This document shows, piece after piece, positions 44,717-59,042 of a DNA stretch of 64,000 nt. Every line of letters starts with the position of its first letter. Within the stretch, counting starts at the first letter, position 1. The stretch is from Eutreptiella sp. 'Long Island Sound 2002' (lineage: Eukaryota; Protista; Euglenida). The notes below the pieces were generated by a model. That model did not search any database. It was given only the letters and a program-made list of their open reading frames with translations, and was not told where the DNA came from. The stretch lies in assembly GCA_964036045.1 (NCBI GenBank), contig OZ038378.1, positions 96,348,001-96,412,000 on the forward strand. Direction: 5' to 3'. A program made the translations under genes and the position numbers.

Positions 44717-47003
44717 ATTGTTTCCGGTCCCTTACGCCAAGAGCTCCTGTGTCAGTGTTTACAATACCATGCCAACATCAAAACAAAATGCGAGGAATCG
44801 TCAATCCTCAGATTAGAGCTTGATACGGACTGCGAATGGAGCCACAGATTTTGTACCTGTCGCATGGTGAGGATACCACTTTGCAGTACTGTGACGCATA
44901 GGTACCCGCCTTTTTGCTTTTGCAGCACGACCTGGCAACAGACAACAAATACAACAAGCAAGGGTGTCAGATAGATGACACGAGTTGAGTTATAGGACGA
45001 ACAGCCTTATCGCGCCAACTCCCACAGGTGATGATCAGGATATACATATTATGCGTTAGAAGAAAGAAGAAAATAAGGGCCACGGCCTCGGCACAATTTT
45101 TCCCATATCACTTGCCTTGTATGTGATTTTGCATTGTGGGCTGGTACGAGAAGGGATATATATATATATATAGTGTAGGTACCCTTACCCTACAGTAAGT
45201 ACCCTACAGTACATGCGCGACATGTGTGCTTCTGTTTAGCGACATCCTGCTTTTTACTCTGCTTCTTTTGCTCGGTGAACCCCTTTTTCTTTTGTTATAC
45301 ACGTTGCCTGACTGCTTCGTCCTATGGGCAAAAGCAGACACGTATCCCGTTGACCCATATAAAAGCGAAGCAAACCACAGAAAAACCAAGTTCAGACAAC
45401 ACAGTTCACTGATGTCATAACATCACAGGAAAATGGCAGATGAGGCGGACGAATGGGGCCGGTGGACCCCAACCCTGGCTTCGAGTCTGTGGTTGCTAAA
45501 TGCACTTGCCGTAGCAGACCTTTTACGACAAGTGAGTTACCTACATTGCACGCCACTTAGTCTATCCAATCAGGGCTTGCTCTACCATAGTCCAACGTGA
45601 GCTAACAGCCCTTTGGTATCAAGCGGATTGCAGTGAATACAACAGCCTCCTTGGTGCGTTCAACTACGAGATTCGGCTGGCTGCTGTGGCTGATAAAGTA
45701 CCAATGTGGCGTGCGGTTTGAACGAAGCATCATATCGTCATATACACCGGCCCATGGTCATCGTTGTGTATCACTTTCATGTATCTAAGTCTATGTGGGC
45801 GTCGTTAGGCCGTGCGCATCCTGACGAAAGACACAACTGGTTCACCGGTTTCATTCTTCGTGTGGCGAATACCCCATTTTCTTTGACACTTGACATTGTT
45901 CTATATTTTATTAGCGATACCCCGGCGCTCAAGCCTAGATCTCAGGCGGGTATCACCAGCTAGGACCGGGTCCATGTCTACTCCATGATGACGTGTATCA
46001 TTTGCACCTGGTGCCATGGTGGTTGTTACTTCTTTCACTTTCTATTTTGCAACACCTCCTTATTGGAAATCTGTTTTATGGTCCAGCCGGGGCGATTCAT
46101 GAACTCAGGTATGTTTGTCGCTGTTTTGTCAGCTTGTGGACGCCTCTGTAGCAAATGAAGTTTGAACGCGTAATACAAACATGTTGGTTGGCTTCAAACA
46201 TGATGTATCAATTTCTATCATTTTTAAAAAGGCCCTGCTGCAATCACATCACGCACAACAACACAGAATTCTGTTTCAGTGAAAGAATCGCAGCAATCAA
46301 ACCCTGATCGAATTTGACATTTTGCCACTGAGTGCTAGCTACTACCTAAAAAGCGAAGCGCAAAGACTACTAAAACCTCATTGATCGCAGCAATGCATTT
46401 GTCACTGGTCAGCTTTGATTGGTCTAAAACATTACACCACCCACCCCCCCATAATACAGGGGTGGGATATACCTTTTTTTCGTACCATTTGGCACCATGA
46501 AAAAAACAACATTCCCGGAAACTCCGTCTTCCTTCGACACAAGGAATGTCAGAAACACCAGATAAACCTACTCACGGCGTTGCGTGACTGCAAGAAAATC
46601 GACAATGGCGCATTTGTGCGCATGCTATCAAGCACTAGCATCGACACCGATCAGCATGTCAATCAAATGTTCGAGAGACTTCGCATACCCGAGTGGGTGC
46701 CCCAATCCATGGCAATGTGTACAAGTAGGTGCGAATGGGATCGTGTCACTGGAATCATGGAAAACCAAGCGTTTCATTTCGATGTTGTCCTCGGTCTGCT
46801 ACGGGACCAATAGACCCAGACGACTGACCTATTGGCGGCCATACAAGAAGAGAAAACAAAACATCTCTAAGCCGTAGGACATACGTACAGTTACAACCAC
46901 TATGACATGTCGGCATAAGCCGAGGTTTACAATGAACTCGTTTCACTACTGTGACAAACATGCGGGATTGGCATAGATATGAAACATTTGTGATGCGTGC
47001 CAT

Positions 47004-47459
47004 ATGTGGAACTTGTTGGCACTAAAACAGACAGGGGCGGACACCGCCCCCGTGCGACACTCTGTTTTGCATTTGTATATCTCCCTGCGCGATCGTAGGG
47101 TTGGTATCGACGGCATAAGGATTGAGCGTTTTTCTGGTGACTGCTTTAACCACGACAGTGACACACCCATACAACGCACATCTGGGGTGAGGGGGTTACA
47201 GTATATGACACGTGATGGCGAACTGCGACGCGTACCAGAATACGCCTACGTTCATATCAGTATTTCGACCAGTTTGGTTACGGGGTTGGTTTGTATGTGG
47301 GGGTATTACACAAAGACGGGTGAGTATCACATCGTCGAGGACGAAGCCGAGTTCTTCGAATTGGTGGATAGAGTGAATGATTGGCGTAGCATTCGGTCGA
47401 CCAAAAGCGTGTGTGCCGCTGCTGCAAACGACAACAGCAGCAACGGCGCTGGTGGATAG
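47004..47459 (+). CDS. Hypothetical ~150 aa protein repeated in each unit (also 41539-41928, 52995-53453; interrupted by the TIR insert in the last unit, remainder 60917-61192)
   Basis: GIDGIRIERF...GLQYMTRDGELRRVPEYAYVHIS...YHIVEDEAEFFELVDRV conserved in four copies. Confidence 0.45.
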   Translation: MWNLLALKQTGADTAPVRHSVLHLYISLRDRRVGIDGIRIERFSGDCFNHDSDTPIQRTSGVRGLQYMTRDGELRRVPEYAYVHISISTSLVTGLVCMWGYYTKTGEYHIVEDEAEFFELVDRVNDWRSIRSTKSVCAAAANDNSSNGAGG

Positions 47460-49131
47460 TGACGAGCTTACGTAATAATCGGTTACAATTGGTGTGTTGA
47501 AAAAGAAGGCATATCCACCCGGCTGCTGTATTTATGACCCATGACGGGCCACATGACGCCAAAGAACAGTGAAACTCCCAACCTGCCACACAGGCAATCA
47601 CAGGCGCAAACAGCATCCCGTTGCCGCGCCACGAGAACGACAGAGAGGGTAATTGTAAGGTTCCCTACCATGGGCGGTCAATCAACTTACCTCTATCCAC
47701 CTGGATACCACGCATCCGAACCGCCTTTCTATTTTGCAACGCCTTTCTACTGGACATCTGTTTCATGGCCCAGCCCGAGCGCACCATGAACCCGTTTACC
47801 GCACATTTGGCACAGTTCAATAACCACCCACGACAGACAAACATCAAATCACGTGTCATATTGGTTGGCTCGAAACGCATTGTAACAATTGCTATCATGT
47901 TTCATGAAGTCCTGCTGGTTGCGTAGAATGTCAATCACACCACGTGCCACAACACAGAAATCCGTTTCAGCAAATGAGTTGCGGTAATCAAACTCTGACC
48001 GTATCTGACATGTTCCACTGGGTGCCAGCTAATCCCCAAAAGGCGCAACACAAATACTACTAAGACCTCATCGATTGCGGCCAGGTATTTGTCAATTGTC
48101 AGCCCGGGATGGACAATATATGTTGCAAAACAACACGAAGCTCACTGTCAACACTGCAACCAAAGAACACAGCAACAAGGATGTGAGCGCCGGGTAAGGG
48201 GGCTCAATGAGCAGATAAACGGGCAGAGGCCACAAGCCATACAAGGAAAAATATACGACTCTGCGTTAGTAACCTTAGTGTTGGTCTGGGCTGTCGCGGG
48301 CCTCTGTTGCATCACTGTGGTGATACGGCACTATTAAGGCCCCTCCCTTTCGATTGGCTGTCGATGATTGCACCTTAGATACCCATGGCATTCCTTAATG
48401 TTGATATTTGGAAGGTGTAGTCACCAAAAACGCTATCTTCAATCTCCTTGAGCTTCGCCCGCCGCTGCACCACCAGTAACACGAATAACCCACGATGGAT
48501 GATCTGCGATCAAACGAATATCCCATATACAAACAATGTCATCGGACAGCATTGGACAGCCTCATTGTATAACGACAGTGAGGGATGGAGGCCACAACCA
48601 TTACCAAGAGCGCCCTCGGCCCTCTTTGGTTAGTTGATATTTTCCAGGAGACACCGTGACAAATCCCGCAGAAACTGCGTCAATAAGGGCCGTTTGCACT
48701 TGCTGCCGCACGTTGCCGGGTGGCTACATGCAGGCTCCGCCCAGAGCACCCGGTATGCCTGCACCACCCGTACCCCGGCTGTAAAGCAACCGGACCATAA
48801 ATTCCACCTTTCGTACCTGGGCTGGACCCCGCATATCCAACAGAACTTGTTGCACCCGCACGGAGTAGGGATCGACGCCACCATCCTCATTTTCTGGCTC
48901 CACGCGACCATACTCTGGGAAAGTGTCGGCTTCTGGGAAGCGTAGATGGGATTTGTATCTGGGACTTGTCATAGTGGAACAACGTAAGCCGGAAAACGAA
49001 AGGAAATCAGTGGACAGGTCCTAAAATCAAATGAGCAGATAAACAAAAACAACAGTCAACCTGCACCTGGCGTTCTGGTGTCCCTTCGTTTTTTTTGGCT
49101 GTAACCAGAAATTCAAAGAGTTCTTTCTGCT

Positions 49132-50310
49132 GTGACCAATAAAAGCGGTATGCCAATGATACCAGTCAAGATACGAAATAGCAGTGCAGGTGTGGGTAAG
49201 TTAGTGGCAGTGGCAGTTGGGACACTGAAAGCCGGGGACATCCGTATCCACAAGAATGCAAATACACTGACCGTGAACAGCGGTGATGGTAGTATCATCA
49301 ACAATGGTGTCCCCCTACAGCAAAACGGCGCAATTTGGATGTCAAATACGGAGTCTAATGACATTAGGGCCGGGGCCCTGCCCATTGACCAAACAGACGC
49401 TCAAGGTCTGCTACAGCAGTTGAGGAATCTCAGAATTGTGGGGTACAATTGGAAAACCGATGGGCAAAATGCGACGAAACCCCCGGCTGTGACAGCAGAT
49501 GATATGCGGAGTGCTTTTCCTAATTTGGTAGACGGGGATCATTTTGTATCCGCGTCTGAACCTATACCCATATCCATACTTGCGATGCAAAGTATTCTGA
49601 ATGCAAGCCACAGGGACCTGAGGGACCCAAGTGTGACAATGGTGACAGGGGTGACAGGGGTGCAGATGGGGCACAGGGACCCAAGGGTGACAGGGGTGAC
49701 AAGGGTGACAGGGATGACAGGGGTTCCAGTTGGGGCACAGGGACCCAAGGGTGACAGGGGTGACAGGGCTGACAGGGGTGCAAATGGGGCACAGGGACCC
49801 AAGGGTGACAGGGGTACAGACGGTGCAAATGGGGCACAGAGACCCAAGGGTGACAAGGGTACAGACGGTGCAAATGGGCCACAGGGACCAAGGGGTGACA
49901 GGGGTGCAAATTTGGTACAGGGACCCAAGGGTGACAAAGGTGATAGGGGCGATCTGGGGCCCGGACCCAGTCAGGATCTGGTGTTTGACTCAGTCTCAAC
50001 AGATGAAACCAAGTACCCACAAACAGATATTAATGTGGATTGCTTGATGTTGAAAGCTAGAATCTTCCGACTGAATTCAACCGATGTACAAACAGACGGA
50101 CACGATGGATTTGGTTATTATGTCATGCATGATAAGAGCAACCAGATCACAAAATACGGTCGAAACATAACAGACTGTCACGATGCGGAAGGGGACCACA
50201 TGGAAGAGGCATTCCCCCACCATCAAATCGGGCAAGTGTTGCGCAGCAAAGAAAGGGAAGTGGGCAAAAAGGAAATGTGTATCCAGAACCTTCGAAGTCT
50301 CTGGAAATAG
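49132..50310 (+). pseudogene. Peptidase-S74/ICA-like chaperone domain plus collagen Gly-X-Y fibre protein (unit 3)
   Basis: SNDIRAGALPID...LLQQLRNLRIVGYNWK...TADDMRSAFPNLVD...IPISILAMQSIL resembles the S74 pattern; then GAQGPKGDRG repeats. About 40 codons of the collagen are read out of frame between two compensating frameshifts. Confidence 0.75.
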
Positions 50311-50368
50311 ATTGCACGTAGATACTGCGCCGCAGGTTTAGCGGATGTAGTTTTACTGCCAAGTCTGG

Positions 50369-50740
50369 TTATTCGAGCAATGTGTCCACCAGACCTTTCA
50401 AGATGTCCCCTGGGGACATCCGATTATTTGCTCTCTTGTCACCCTTGTGACGCAAAACTACCGTCGTTGATGCATACAGGATTGCACCGAGGAACATCGA
50501 GACTAAAGCGATTACTAAAAACACACCAGGGCTCCGCCTCCTGAATCTTCTGCCCCTCGCAACAAAATTCGCTCTTTCCATTACGAGTACACTCGGTGAC
50601 CCGTTCTGATCGCGCACGTATTGGTGCCATATGTGATTCAACCCGACAACGACCCCAGCCAGTAGTATAACGATGGGTAGCACCACCAACAGACCGTTGG
50701 CGATGGTGTCACTTATCTTAGTCTTGGTAACATTGGGCAT
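50369..50740 (-). CDS. 123 aa two-transmembrane protein (unit 3)
   Basis: Paralogue of 38885-39256. Confidence 0.6.
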   Translation of the reverse strand: MPNVTKTKISDTIANGLLVVLPIVILLAGVVVGLNHIWHQYVRDQNGSPSVLVMERANFVARGRRFRRRSPGVFLVIALVSMFLGAILYASTTVVLRHKGDKRANNRMSPGDILKGLVDTLLE

Positions 50741-53700
50741 ATTGTTTCTGGTCCCTTACGCCAAGAGCTCCTGTGTCAGTGTTTACAATACCATACCAAC
50801 ATCAAAACCAAAAACGAGGAATCGTCAATCTTCAGATGTGACCTTGATACGGACTGTGAATGGAGCCACAGATTTTATACCTGTTGCATGGTCAGGATAC
50901 AACTTTGCAGTACTGTGACGCATAGGTACCCGCCTTTTTGCTTTTGCAGCACGACCTGGCAACAGACAACGAATACAACAAGCAAGGGTGTCAGATAGAT
51001 GACACGAGTTGAGTTATAGGACGGACAGCCTTATCGCGCCCACGCCCACAAGGGATCATCGGAATATACATATTATGGGTTAGAAGAAAGAAGAAAATAA
51101 GGGCCACGGCCTCGGCACAATTCTTCCCATATCACTTGCCTTGTATGTGATTTTGCATTGTGGGCTGGTACGAGAAGGGATATATATATATATAGTGTAG
51201 GTACCCTTACCCTACAGTCAGTACCCTACAGTACATGCGCGACATGTGTGCTTCTGTTTAGCGACATCCTGCTTTTTACTCTGCTTCTTTTGCTCGGTGA
51301 ACCCCTTCTTCTTTTGTTATACACGTTGCCTGACTGCTTCGTCCTATGGGCAAAAGCAGACACCCATCCCGTTGACCCATATAAAAGCGAGGCAAACCAC
51401 AGAAAAACCGAGTTCACACAACACAGTTGACTGATGTCATAAAATCACAGGAAAAAGGCGGATGAGGCGGACGAATGGGGCCGGTGGACCCCAACCCTGG
51501 CTTGGAGTCCGTGATTGCTAAATGCACTTGCTCGAGCAACCCTTTTACGACAAGTGAGTTACCCACACTGCACGCCACTTGGTCTATCCAATCAGGGCTT
51601 GCTCTACCATAGTCGAACGTGAGCTAACAGCCCTTTGGTATACAGCGGATTGCAGTGAAAAGAACAGCCTCCTTGGTGCGTTCAACTACGAGATTCGGCT
51701 GGCTGCTGTGGCTGATAAAGTACCAATGTGGCGTGCAGTTGGAACGAAGCATCATATTGTCATATACACCGGCCCATGGTCATCGTTGTGTATCACCCCC
51801 ATGTATCCAAGTCTGTGTGGGCGTCGTTAAGCCGTGCGCATCCTGACGAAAGACACAACTGGTTCACCGGTTTCATTTTGCGTGTGGCGAATACCCCATT
51901 TTCTTTGACACTTGACATTGTCCCATATTTCATTAGCGATACCCCGGCGCTCAGGCCTAGATCTCAGGCGGGTATCACCAGCTAGGACCGGGTCCATGTC
52001 TACTCCACAATGACGAGTATCATTTGCACCTGGTGCCACCTGGTACCATTTGCACCTGGAAATCTGTTATATGGTCCAGCCGGGGCGATTCATGAACTCA
52101 GGTATATTTGTCGCTGTTCTGTCGGCTTGTGGACGCCTCTGTAGCAAATGAAGTTTGAACGCGTAATACAAACATGTTGGTTGGCTTCAAACATGATGTA
52201 TCAATTGCTATCATTTTCAGAAAGGCCCTGCTGCAATCACATCACGCACAACAACACAGAATTCTGTTTCAGTGAAAGAATCGCAGCAATCAAACCCTGA
52301 TCCCGTATTTGACATTTTGCCACTGAGTGCAAGCTACTACCTAAAAAGCGAAGCGCAAATACTACTAAAACCTCATTGATCGCAGCAATGCATTTGTCAC
52401 TGGTCAGCTTTGATTGGTCTAAAACATTACACCACCCACCCTCCCATAATACAGGGGTGGGATATACTTTTCTTCGTACCATTTGGCACCATGAAAAAAA
52501 CAACATGCCCGGAAATTCCGTCTTCCTTCGACACAAGGAATGTCAGAAACACCAGATAAACCTACTCACGGCGTTGCGTGACTACAAGAAAATCGACAAT
52601 GGCGCATTTGTGCGCATGCTATCAAGCACTAGCATCGACACTGATCAGCATGTCATTCAAATGTTCGGGAGACTTCGCATACCCGAGTGGGTGCCCCAAT
52701 CCATGGCAATGTGTACAAGTAGGTGCGAATGGGATCGTGTCACCGAAATCATGGAAAACCAAGCGTTTCATTTCGATTTTGTCCTCGGTCTGCTACGGGA
52801 CCCATAGACCCGGACGACTGACCTATTGGCGGCCAAACAAGAAGAGAAAACAAAACATCTCTAAGCCGTAGGACATACAGTTACAACCACTATGACATGT
52901 TCGGCATAAGCCGAGGTTTAAAATGAACTCGTTTCACTACTGTGACAAACATGCAGGATTGGCATAGATATGAAACATTTGTGATGCGTGCCATATGTGG
53001 AACTTGTTGGCACTGAAACAGACAGGGGCTGACACCGCCCCCGTGCGACACTCTGCTTTGCATTTGTATATCTCCCTGCGCGATCGTAGCGTTGGTATCG
53101 ACGGCATAAGGATTGAGCGCTTTTGTGGGGACTGCTTTAACCACGACAGTGACACACCCATACAACGCACATCCGGGGTGATGGAGTTACAGTATATGAC
53201 ACGTGATGGCGAACTGCGACGCGTACCAGAATACGCCTACGTTCATATCAGTATTTCGACCGGTTTGGTTACGGGGTTGGTTTGTATGTGGGGGTATTAC
53301 ACAAAGACGGCCGAGTATCACATCGTTGAGGACGAAGCCGAGTTCTTCGAATTGGTGGATAGAGTGAATGATTGGCATAGCATTGGGTCGACCAAAAGCG
53401 TGTGTGCCGCTGCTGCAAACGACAACAGCAGCAACGGCGCTGGTGGATGGTGACGAGCTTGGGTAAGAATCAGTTACAATTGGAGTGTTGAAAAAGTAGG
53501 CATATCTACCTGGCTGCTGTATTTATGACCCATGACGGGCCACATGACGCCAAAGAACAGTGGAAGTCCCAACCTGCCACACAGGCAATCACAGGCGCAA
53601 ACAGCATCCCGTTGCCGCGCCACGAGAACGACAGAGAGGGTAATTGTAAGGTTCCCTACCATGGGCGGTCAATCAACTCACCTCTTCCCACCTGGATACC

Positions 53701-55123
53701 ACGCATCCGAACCGCCTTTCTATTTTGCAACGCCTTTCTAATGGACATCTGTTTCATGGCCCAGCCCGAGCGCACCATGAACCCGTTTACCGCACATTTG
53801 GCACAGTTCAATAACCACCCACGACAGACAAACATCAAACCACGTGTCATATTGGTTGGCTCGAAACGCATTGTAACAATTGCTATCATGTTTAATGAAG
53901 TCCTGCTGATTGCGTAGAAAGTCAATCACACCACGTGCCACAACACAGAAATCTGTTTCAGCAAATGAATTGCGGTAATCAAACTCTGACCGTATCTGAC
54001 ATGTTCCGCTGGGTGCCAGCTAATCCCCAAAAGGTGCAACACAAATACTACTAAGACCTCATCCATTGCGGCCATGTATTTGTCAATGGTCAGCCCGGGA
54101 TGGACAATATATGTTGCAAAACAACACGAAGCTCACTGTCAACACTGCAACCAAAGAACACAGCAACAAGGATTTGGGCGCCGGGTAAAGGGGCTCAATG
54201 AGCAGATAAACGGGCAGAGGCCACAAGCCATACAAGGAAAAATATACGACTCTGCGTTAGTAACCTTAGTGTTGGTCTGGGCTGTCGCGGGCCTCTGTTG
54301 CATCACTGTGGTGATACGGCACTATTAAGGCCCCTCTCTTTCGATTGGCTGTCGATGATTGCACCTTAGATACCCATGGCATTCCTTGATGTTGATATTT
54401 GGAAGGTGTAGTCACCAAAAACTCTATCACCAATCTCCTTGGGGGTCGCCCGCCGCTGCACCACCAGTAACACGAACAACCAACGATGGATGATCTGCGA
54501 TCAAACGAATATCCCATATAAAAACAATGTCATCGGACAGCATTGGACAGCCTCATTGTATAACGACAGTGAGGGATGGAGGCCACAACCATTACCAAGA
54601 GCGCCCTCGGCCCTCTTTGGTTAGTTGATATTTTCCAGGAGACACCGTGACAAATCCCGCAGAAACTGCGTCAATAAGGGCCGTTTGCACTTGCTGCCGC
54701 ACGTTGCCGGGTGGCCACATGCACGCTCCGCCCAGAGCACCTGGTATGCCTGCACCACCCGTACCCCGGCTGTAAAGCAACAGGACCATAAATTCCACCT
54801 TTTGTACCTGGGCTGGACCCCGCATATCCAACAGAACTTGTTGCACCCGCACGGAGTAGGGATCGACACCACCATCCTCATTTTCTGGCTCCACGCGACC
54901 ATACTCTGGGAAAGTGTCGGCTTCTGGGAAGCGTACATGGGATTTGTATCTTGGACTTGTCATAGTGGCACAACGCAAGCCGCAAAACGAAAGGAAATCA
55001 GTGGACAGGTCCTAAAATCAAATGAGCAGATAAATAAAAACAACAGTCAACCTGCACCTGGCGTTCTGGTGTCCCTTCGTTTTTTTTTGGCTGAAACCAG
55101 AAATTCAAAGAGTTATTTCTGCT

Positions 55124-56072
55124 GTGACCAATAGAAACGGTATGCCAATGATACCAGTCAAGATACGGAATAGCAGTGCAGGTGTGGGTAAGTTAGTGGC
55201 AGTGGCAGTTGGGACACTGAAACCCGGGGACATCCGTATCCACAAGAATGCAAATACACTGACCGTGAACAGCGGTGATGGTAGTATCATCAACAGTGGT
55301 GTCCCCCTACAGCAAAACGGCGCAATTTGGATGTCAAATGTGGAGTCTGACGACATGAGGGCCGGGGCCCTGCCCATTGACCATACAGACGCTCAAGGTC
55401 TGCTACAGCAGTTGAGGGATCTCAGAATTGTGGGGTACAATTGGAAAACGGATGGTCAAAATGCGACGAAACGCCCGGGTGTGACAGCAGATGATATGCA
55501 GAGTGCTTTTCCTAATTTGGTAGACGGGGATGATTTTGTGTCCGCGTCTGAACTTATACCCATATCCATACTTGCGATGCAAAGTATTCTGAATGCAACG
55601 CCACAGGGCCCTGAGGGACCCAAGTGTGACAATGGTGACAGGAATGACAGGGGTGCAGATGGGGCACAGGGACCCAAGGGTGACAGGGGTGACAAGGGTG
55701 ACAGGGATGACAGGGGTTCCAGTTGGGGCACAGGGACCCAAAGGTGACAAGAGTGACAGGGCTGACAGGGGTGCAAATGGGGCACAGGGACCCAAGGTTG
55801 ACAGGGGTACAGACGGTGCAAATGGGGCACAGAGACCCAAGGGTGACAAGGGTACAGACGGTGCAAATGGGCCACAGGGACCCAGGGGTGACAGGGGTGC
55901 AAATTTGGTACATGGACCCAAGGGTGACAAAGGTGATAGGGGCGATCTGGGGCCCGGACCCAGTCAGGATCTGGTGTTTGACTCAGTCACAACAGATGAA
56001 ACCAAGTCCCCACAAACAGTAATTAATGTGGATTGCTTGATGTTGAAAGCTAAAATGTTCCGACTGAATTAA
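55124..56072 (+). pseudogene. S74-like plus collagen fibre protein, frameshifted (unit 4)
   Basis: Same as 49132-50310; collagen in frame to GDRDDRGSS, then shifted at ggttccagttgggg, and a premature TAA near 56070. Confidence 0.75.
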
Positions 56073-56362
56073 ACCGACGTACAAACAGACGGACACGATG
56101 GATTTGGTTATTATGTCATGCATGATAAGAGCAACCAGATCACAAAATACGGTCGAAACATAACAGACTGTCACGATGCGGAAAAGGACCACATGCAAGA
56201 GGCCTTCCCGCACCATCAAATCGGGCGAGTGTTGCGCAGCAAAGAAAGGGAAGTGGGCAAAAAGGAAATGTGTATCCGGAACCTTCGAAGTCTCTGGAAA
56301 TAGATTGCACGTAGATACTGCGCCGCGGGTTTTTGCGGATGTAGTTTTACTGCCAAGTCTGG

Positions 56363-56734
56363 TTATTCGAGCAATGTGTCCACAAGACCTTTCAAGATGT
56401 CCCCTGGGGACATCCGATTATTTGCTCTCTTGTCACCCTTGTGACGCAAAACTACCGTCGTTGATGCATACAGGATTGCACCGAGGAACATCGAGACTAA
56501 AGTGATTACTAAAAACACACCAGGGCTCCGCCTCCTGAATCTTCTGCCCCTCGCAACAAAATTCGCTTTTTCCATTACGAGTACACTCGGTGATCTGTTC
56601 TGATCGCGCACGTATTTGTGCCATATGTGATTCAACCCGACAACGACTCCAGCCAGTAGTATAACGATGGGTAGCACCACCAACAGACCGTTGGCGATGG
56701 TGTCACTTATCTTAGTCTTGGTAACATTGGCAAT
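56363..56734 (-). pseudogene. Two-transmembrane protein copy with mutated start (unit 4)
   Basis: Same sequence, but the ATG of MPNV is altered (aatattgccaat). Confidence 0.5.
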
Positions 56735-59042
56735 ATTGTGTCCGGTCCCTTACGCCAAGAGCTCCTGTGTCAGTGTTTACAATACCATACCAACATCAAA
56801 ACAAAATACGGGGAATCGTCAATCTTCAGATGTGAGCTTGATACGGACTGTGAATGGAGCCACAGATTTTATACCTGTTGCATGGTCAGGATACAACTTT
56901 GCAGTACTGTGACGCATAGGTACCCGCCTCTTTGCTTTTGCAGCACAACCCGGCAACAGACAACAAATACAACAAGCAAGGGTGTCAGATAGATGACACG
57001 AGTTGAGTTATAGGACGGACAGCCTTATCGCGCCCACGCCCACAGGTGATGATCGGTTATGGATCGATTATGGGTTAGAAGAAAGGAGAAAATAAGGGCC
57101 ACGGCCTCGGCACAATTTTTCCCATATCACTTGCCCCGTATGTGATTTTGCATTGTGGGCTGGTACGAGAAGGGATATATATATATATAGTGTAGGTACC
57201 CTTACCCTACAGTCAGTACCCTACAGTACATGCGCGACATGTGTGCTTCTGTTTAGCGACATCCTGCACTTTACTCTGCTTCTTTTGCTCGGTGAACCCC
57301 TTCTTCTTTTGTTATACACGTTGCCTGACTGCTTCGTCCTATGGGCAAAAGCAGACACCCATCCCGTTGACCCATATAAAAGCGAAGCAAACCAGGGAAA
57401 ACCCGAGTTCACACAACACAGTTGACTGATGTCATAAAATCACAGGAAAAGGGCGGATGAGGCGGACGAATGGGGCCGGTGGACCCGGACCCTGGCTTGG
57501 AGTCTGTGATTGCTAAATGCACTTGCTCAAGCAACCCTTTCACGAGAAGTGAGTTACCCACATTGCACGCCACTTTGTCTATCCAATCAGGGCTTGCTCT
57601 ACCATAGTCGAACGTGAGCTAACAGCCCTTTGGTATAAAGCGGATTGCAGTGAATACAACAGCCTCCTTGGTGCGTTCAACTACGAGATTCGGCTGGCTG
57701 CTGTGGCTGATAAAGTACCAATGTGGCGTGCAGTTTGAACGAAGCATCATATTGTCATATACACCACCCCATGGTCATCGTTGTGTATCACCTCCATGTA
57801 TCCAAGTCTGTGTGGGCGTCGTTAAGCCGTGCGCATCCTGACGAACGACACAACTGGTTCACCGGTTTCATTTTGCGTGTGGCGAATACCCCATTTTCTT
57901 TGACACTTGACATTGTCCCATATTTCATTAGCGATACCCCGGCGCTCAGGCCTAGATCTCAGGCCGGTATCACCAGCTAGGACCGGGTCCATGTCTACTC
58001 CACGATGACGTGTATCATTTGCACCTGGTGCCATAGTGGTTGTTACTTCTTTCACTTTCTATTTTGCAACACCTTCGTATTGGAAATCTCTTGTATGGTC
58101 CAGCCCAGGCGATTCATGAACTCAGGTATATTTGTCGCTGTTTTGTCGGCTTGTGGACGCCTCTGTAGCAAATGAAGTTTGAACGCGTAAGACAAACATG
58201 TTGGTTGGCTTCAAACATGATGTAACAATTGCTATCATTTTTAGAAAGGCCCTGCTGCAATCACATCACGCACAACAACACAGAATTCTGTTTCAGTGAA
58301 AGAATCGCAGCAATCAAACCCTGATCGTATTTGACATTTTGCCACTGAGTGCTAGCTACTACCTAAAAAGCGCAGCGCAAATACTACTAAAACCTCATTG
58401 ATCGCAGCAATGCATTTGTCACTGGTCAGCTTTGATTGGTCTAAAACATTACACCACCCACCCTCCCATAATACACGTGTGGGATATACCTTTTCTTCGT
58501 ACCATTTGGCACCATGAAAAAAACAACATGCCCGGAAATTCTGTTCTCCTTCGACACAAGGAATGTCAGAAACACCAGATAAACCTACTCACAGCGTTGC
58601 GTGACTACAAGAAAATCGACAATGGCGCATTTGTGCGCATGCTATCAAGCACTAACATCGACACCGATCAGCATGTCATTCAGATGTTCGAGAGACTTCG
58701 CATACCCGAGTGGGTGCTGCAATCCATGGCAATGTGTACAAGTAGGTGCGAATGGGATCGTGTCACCGAAATTATGGAAAACCAAGCGTTCCATTTCGAT
58801 ATTGTCCTCGGTTTCCTACGGGACCCGTAGACCCGGACGACTGACCTATTGGCGGCCATACAAGAAGGGAAACCAAAATATCCTTAAGCCGTAGGAAATA
58901 CGTACAGTTACAACCACTATGACATGTCGGCATAAGCCGAGGTTTAGAATGAACTCGTTTCACTACTGTGACAAACATGCCGGATTGGCATAGATACGAA
59001 ACATACGTGATGCGTGCCATATGTGGAACTTGTTGGCACTGA

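Noticed and set aside
49411-50047. Antisense and off-frame ORFs with SPLGP, HPCHP or VTGV repeats (also 55403-56022)
   Set aside because: These are alternative-frame readings of the collagen Gly-X-Y repeats.
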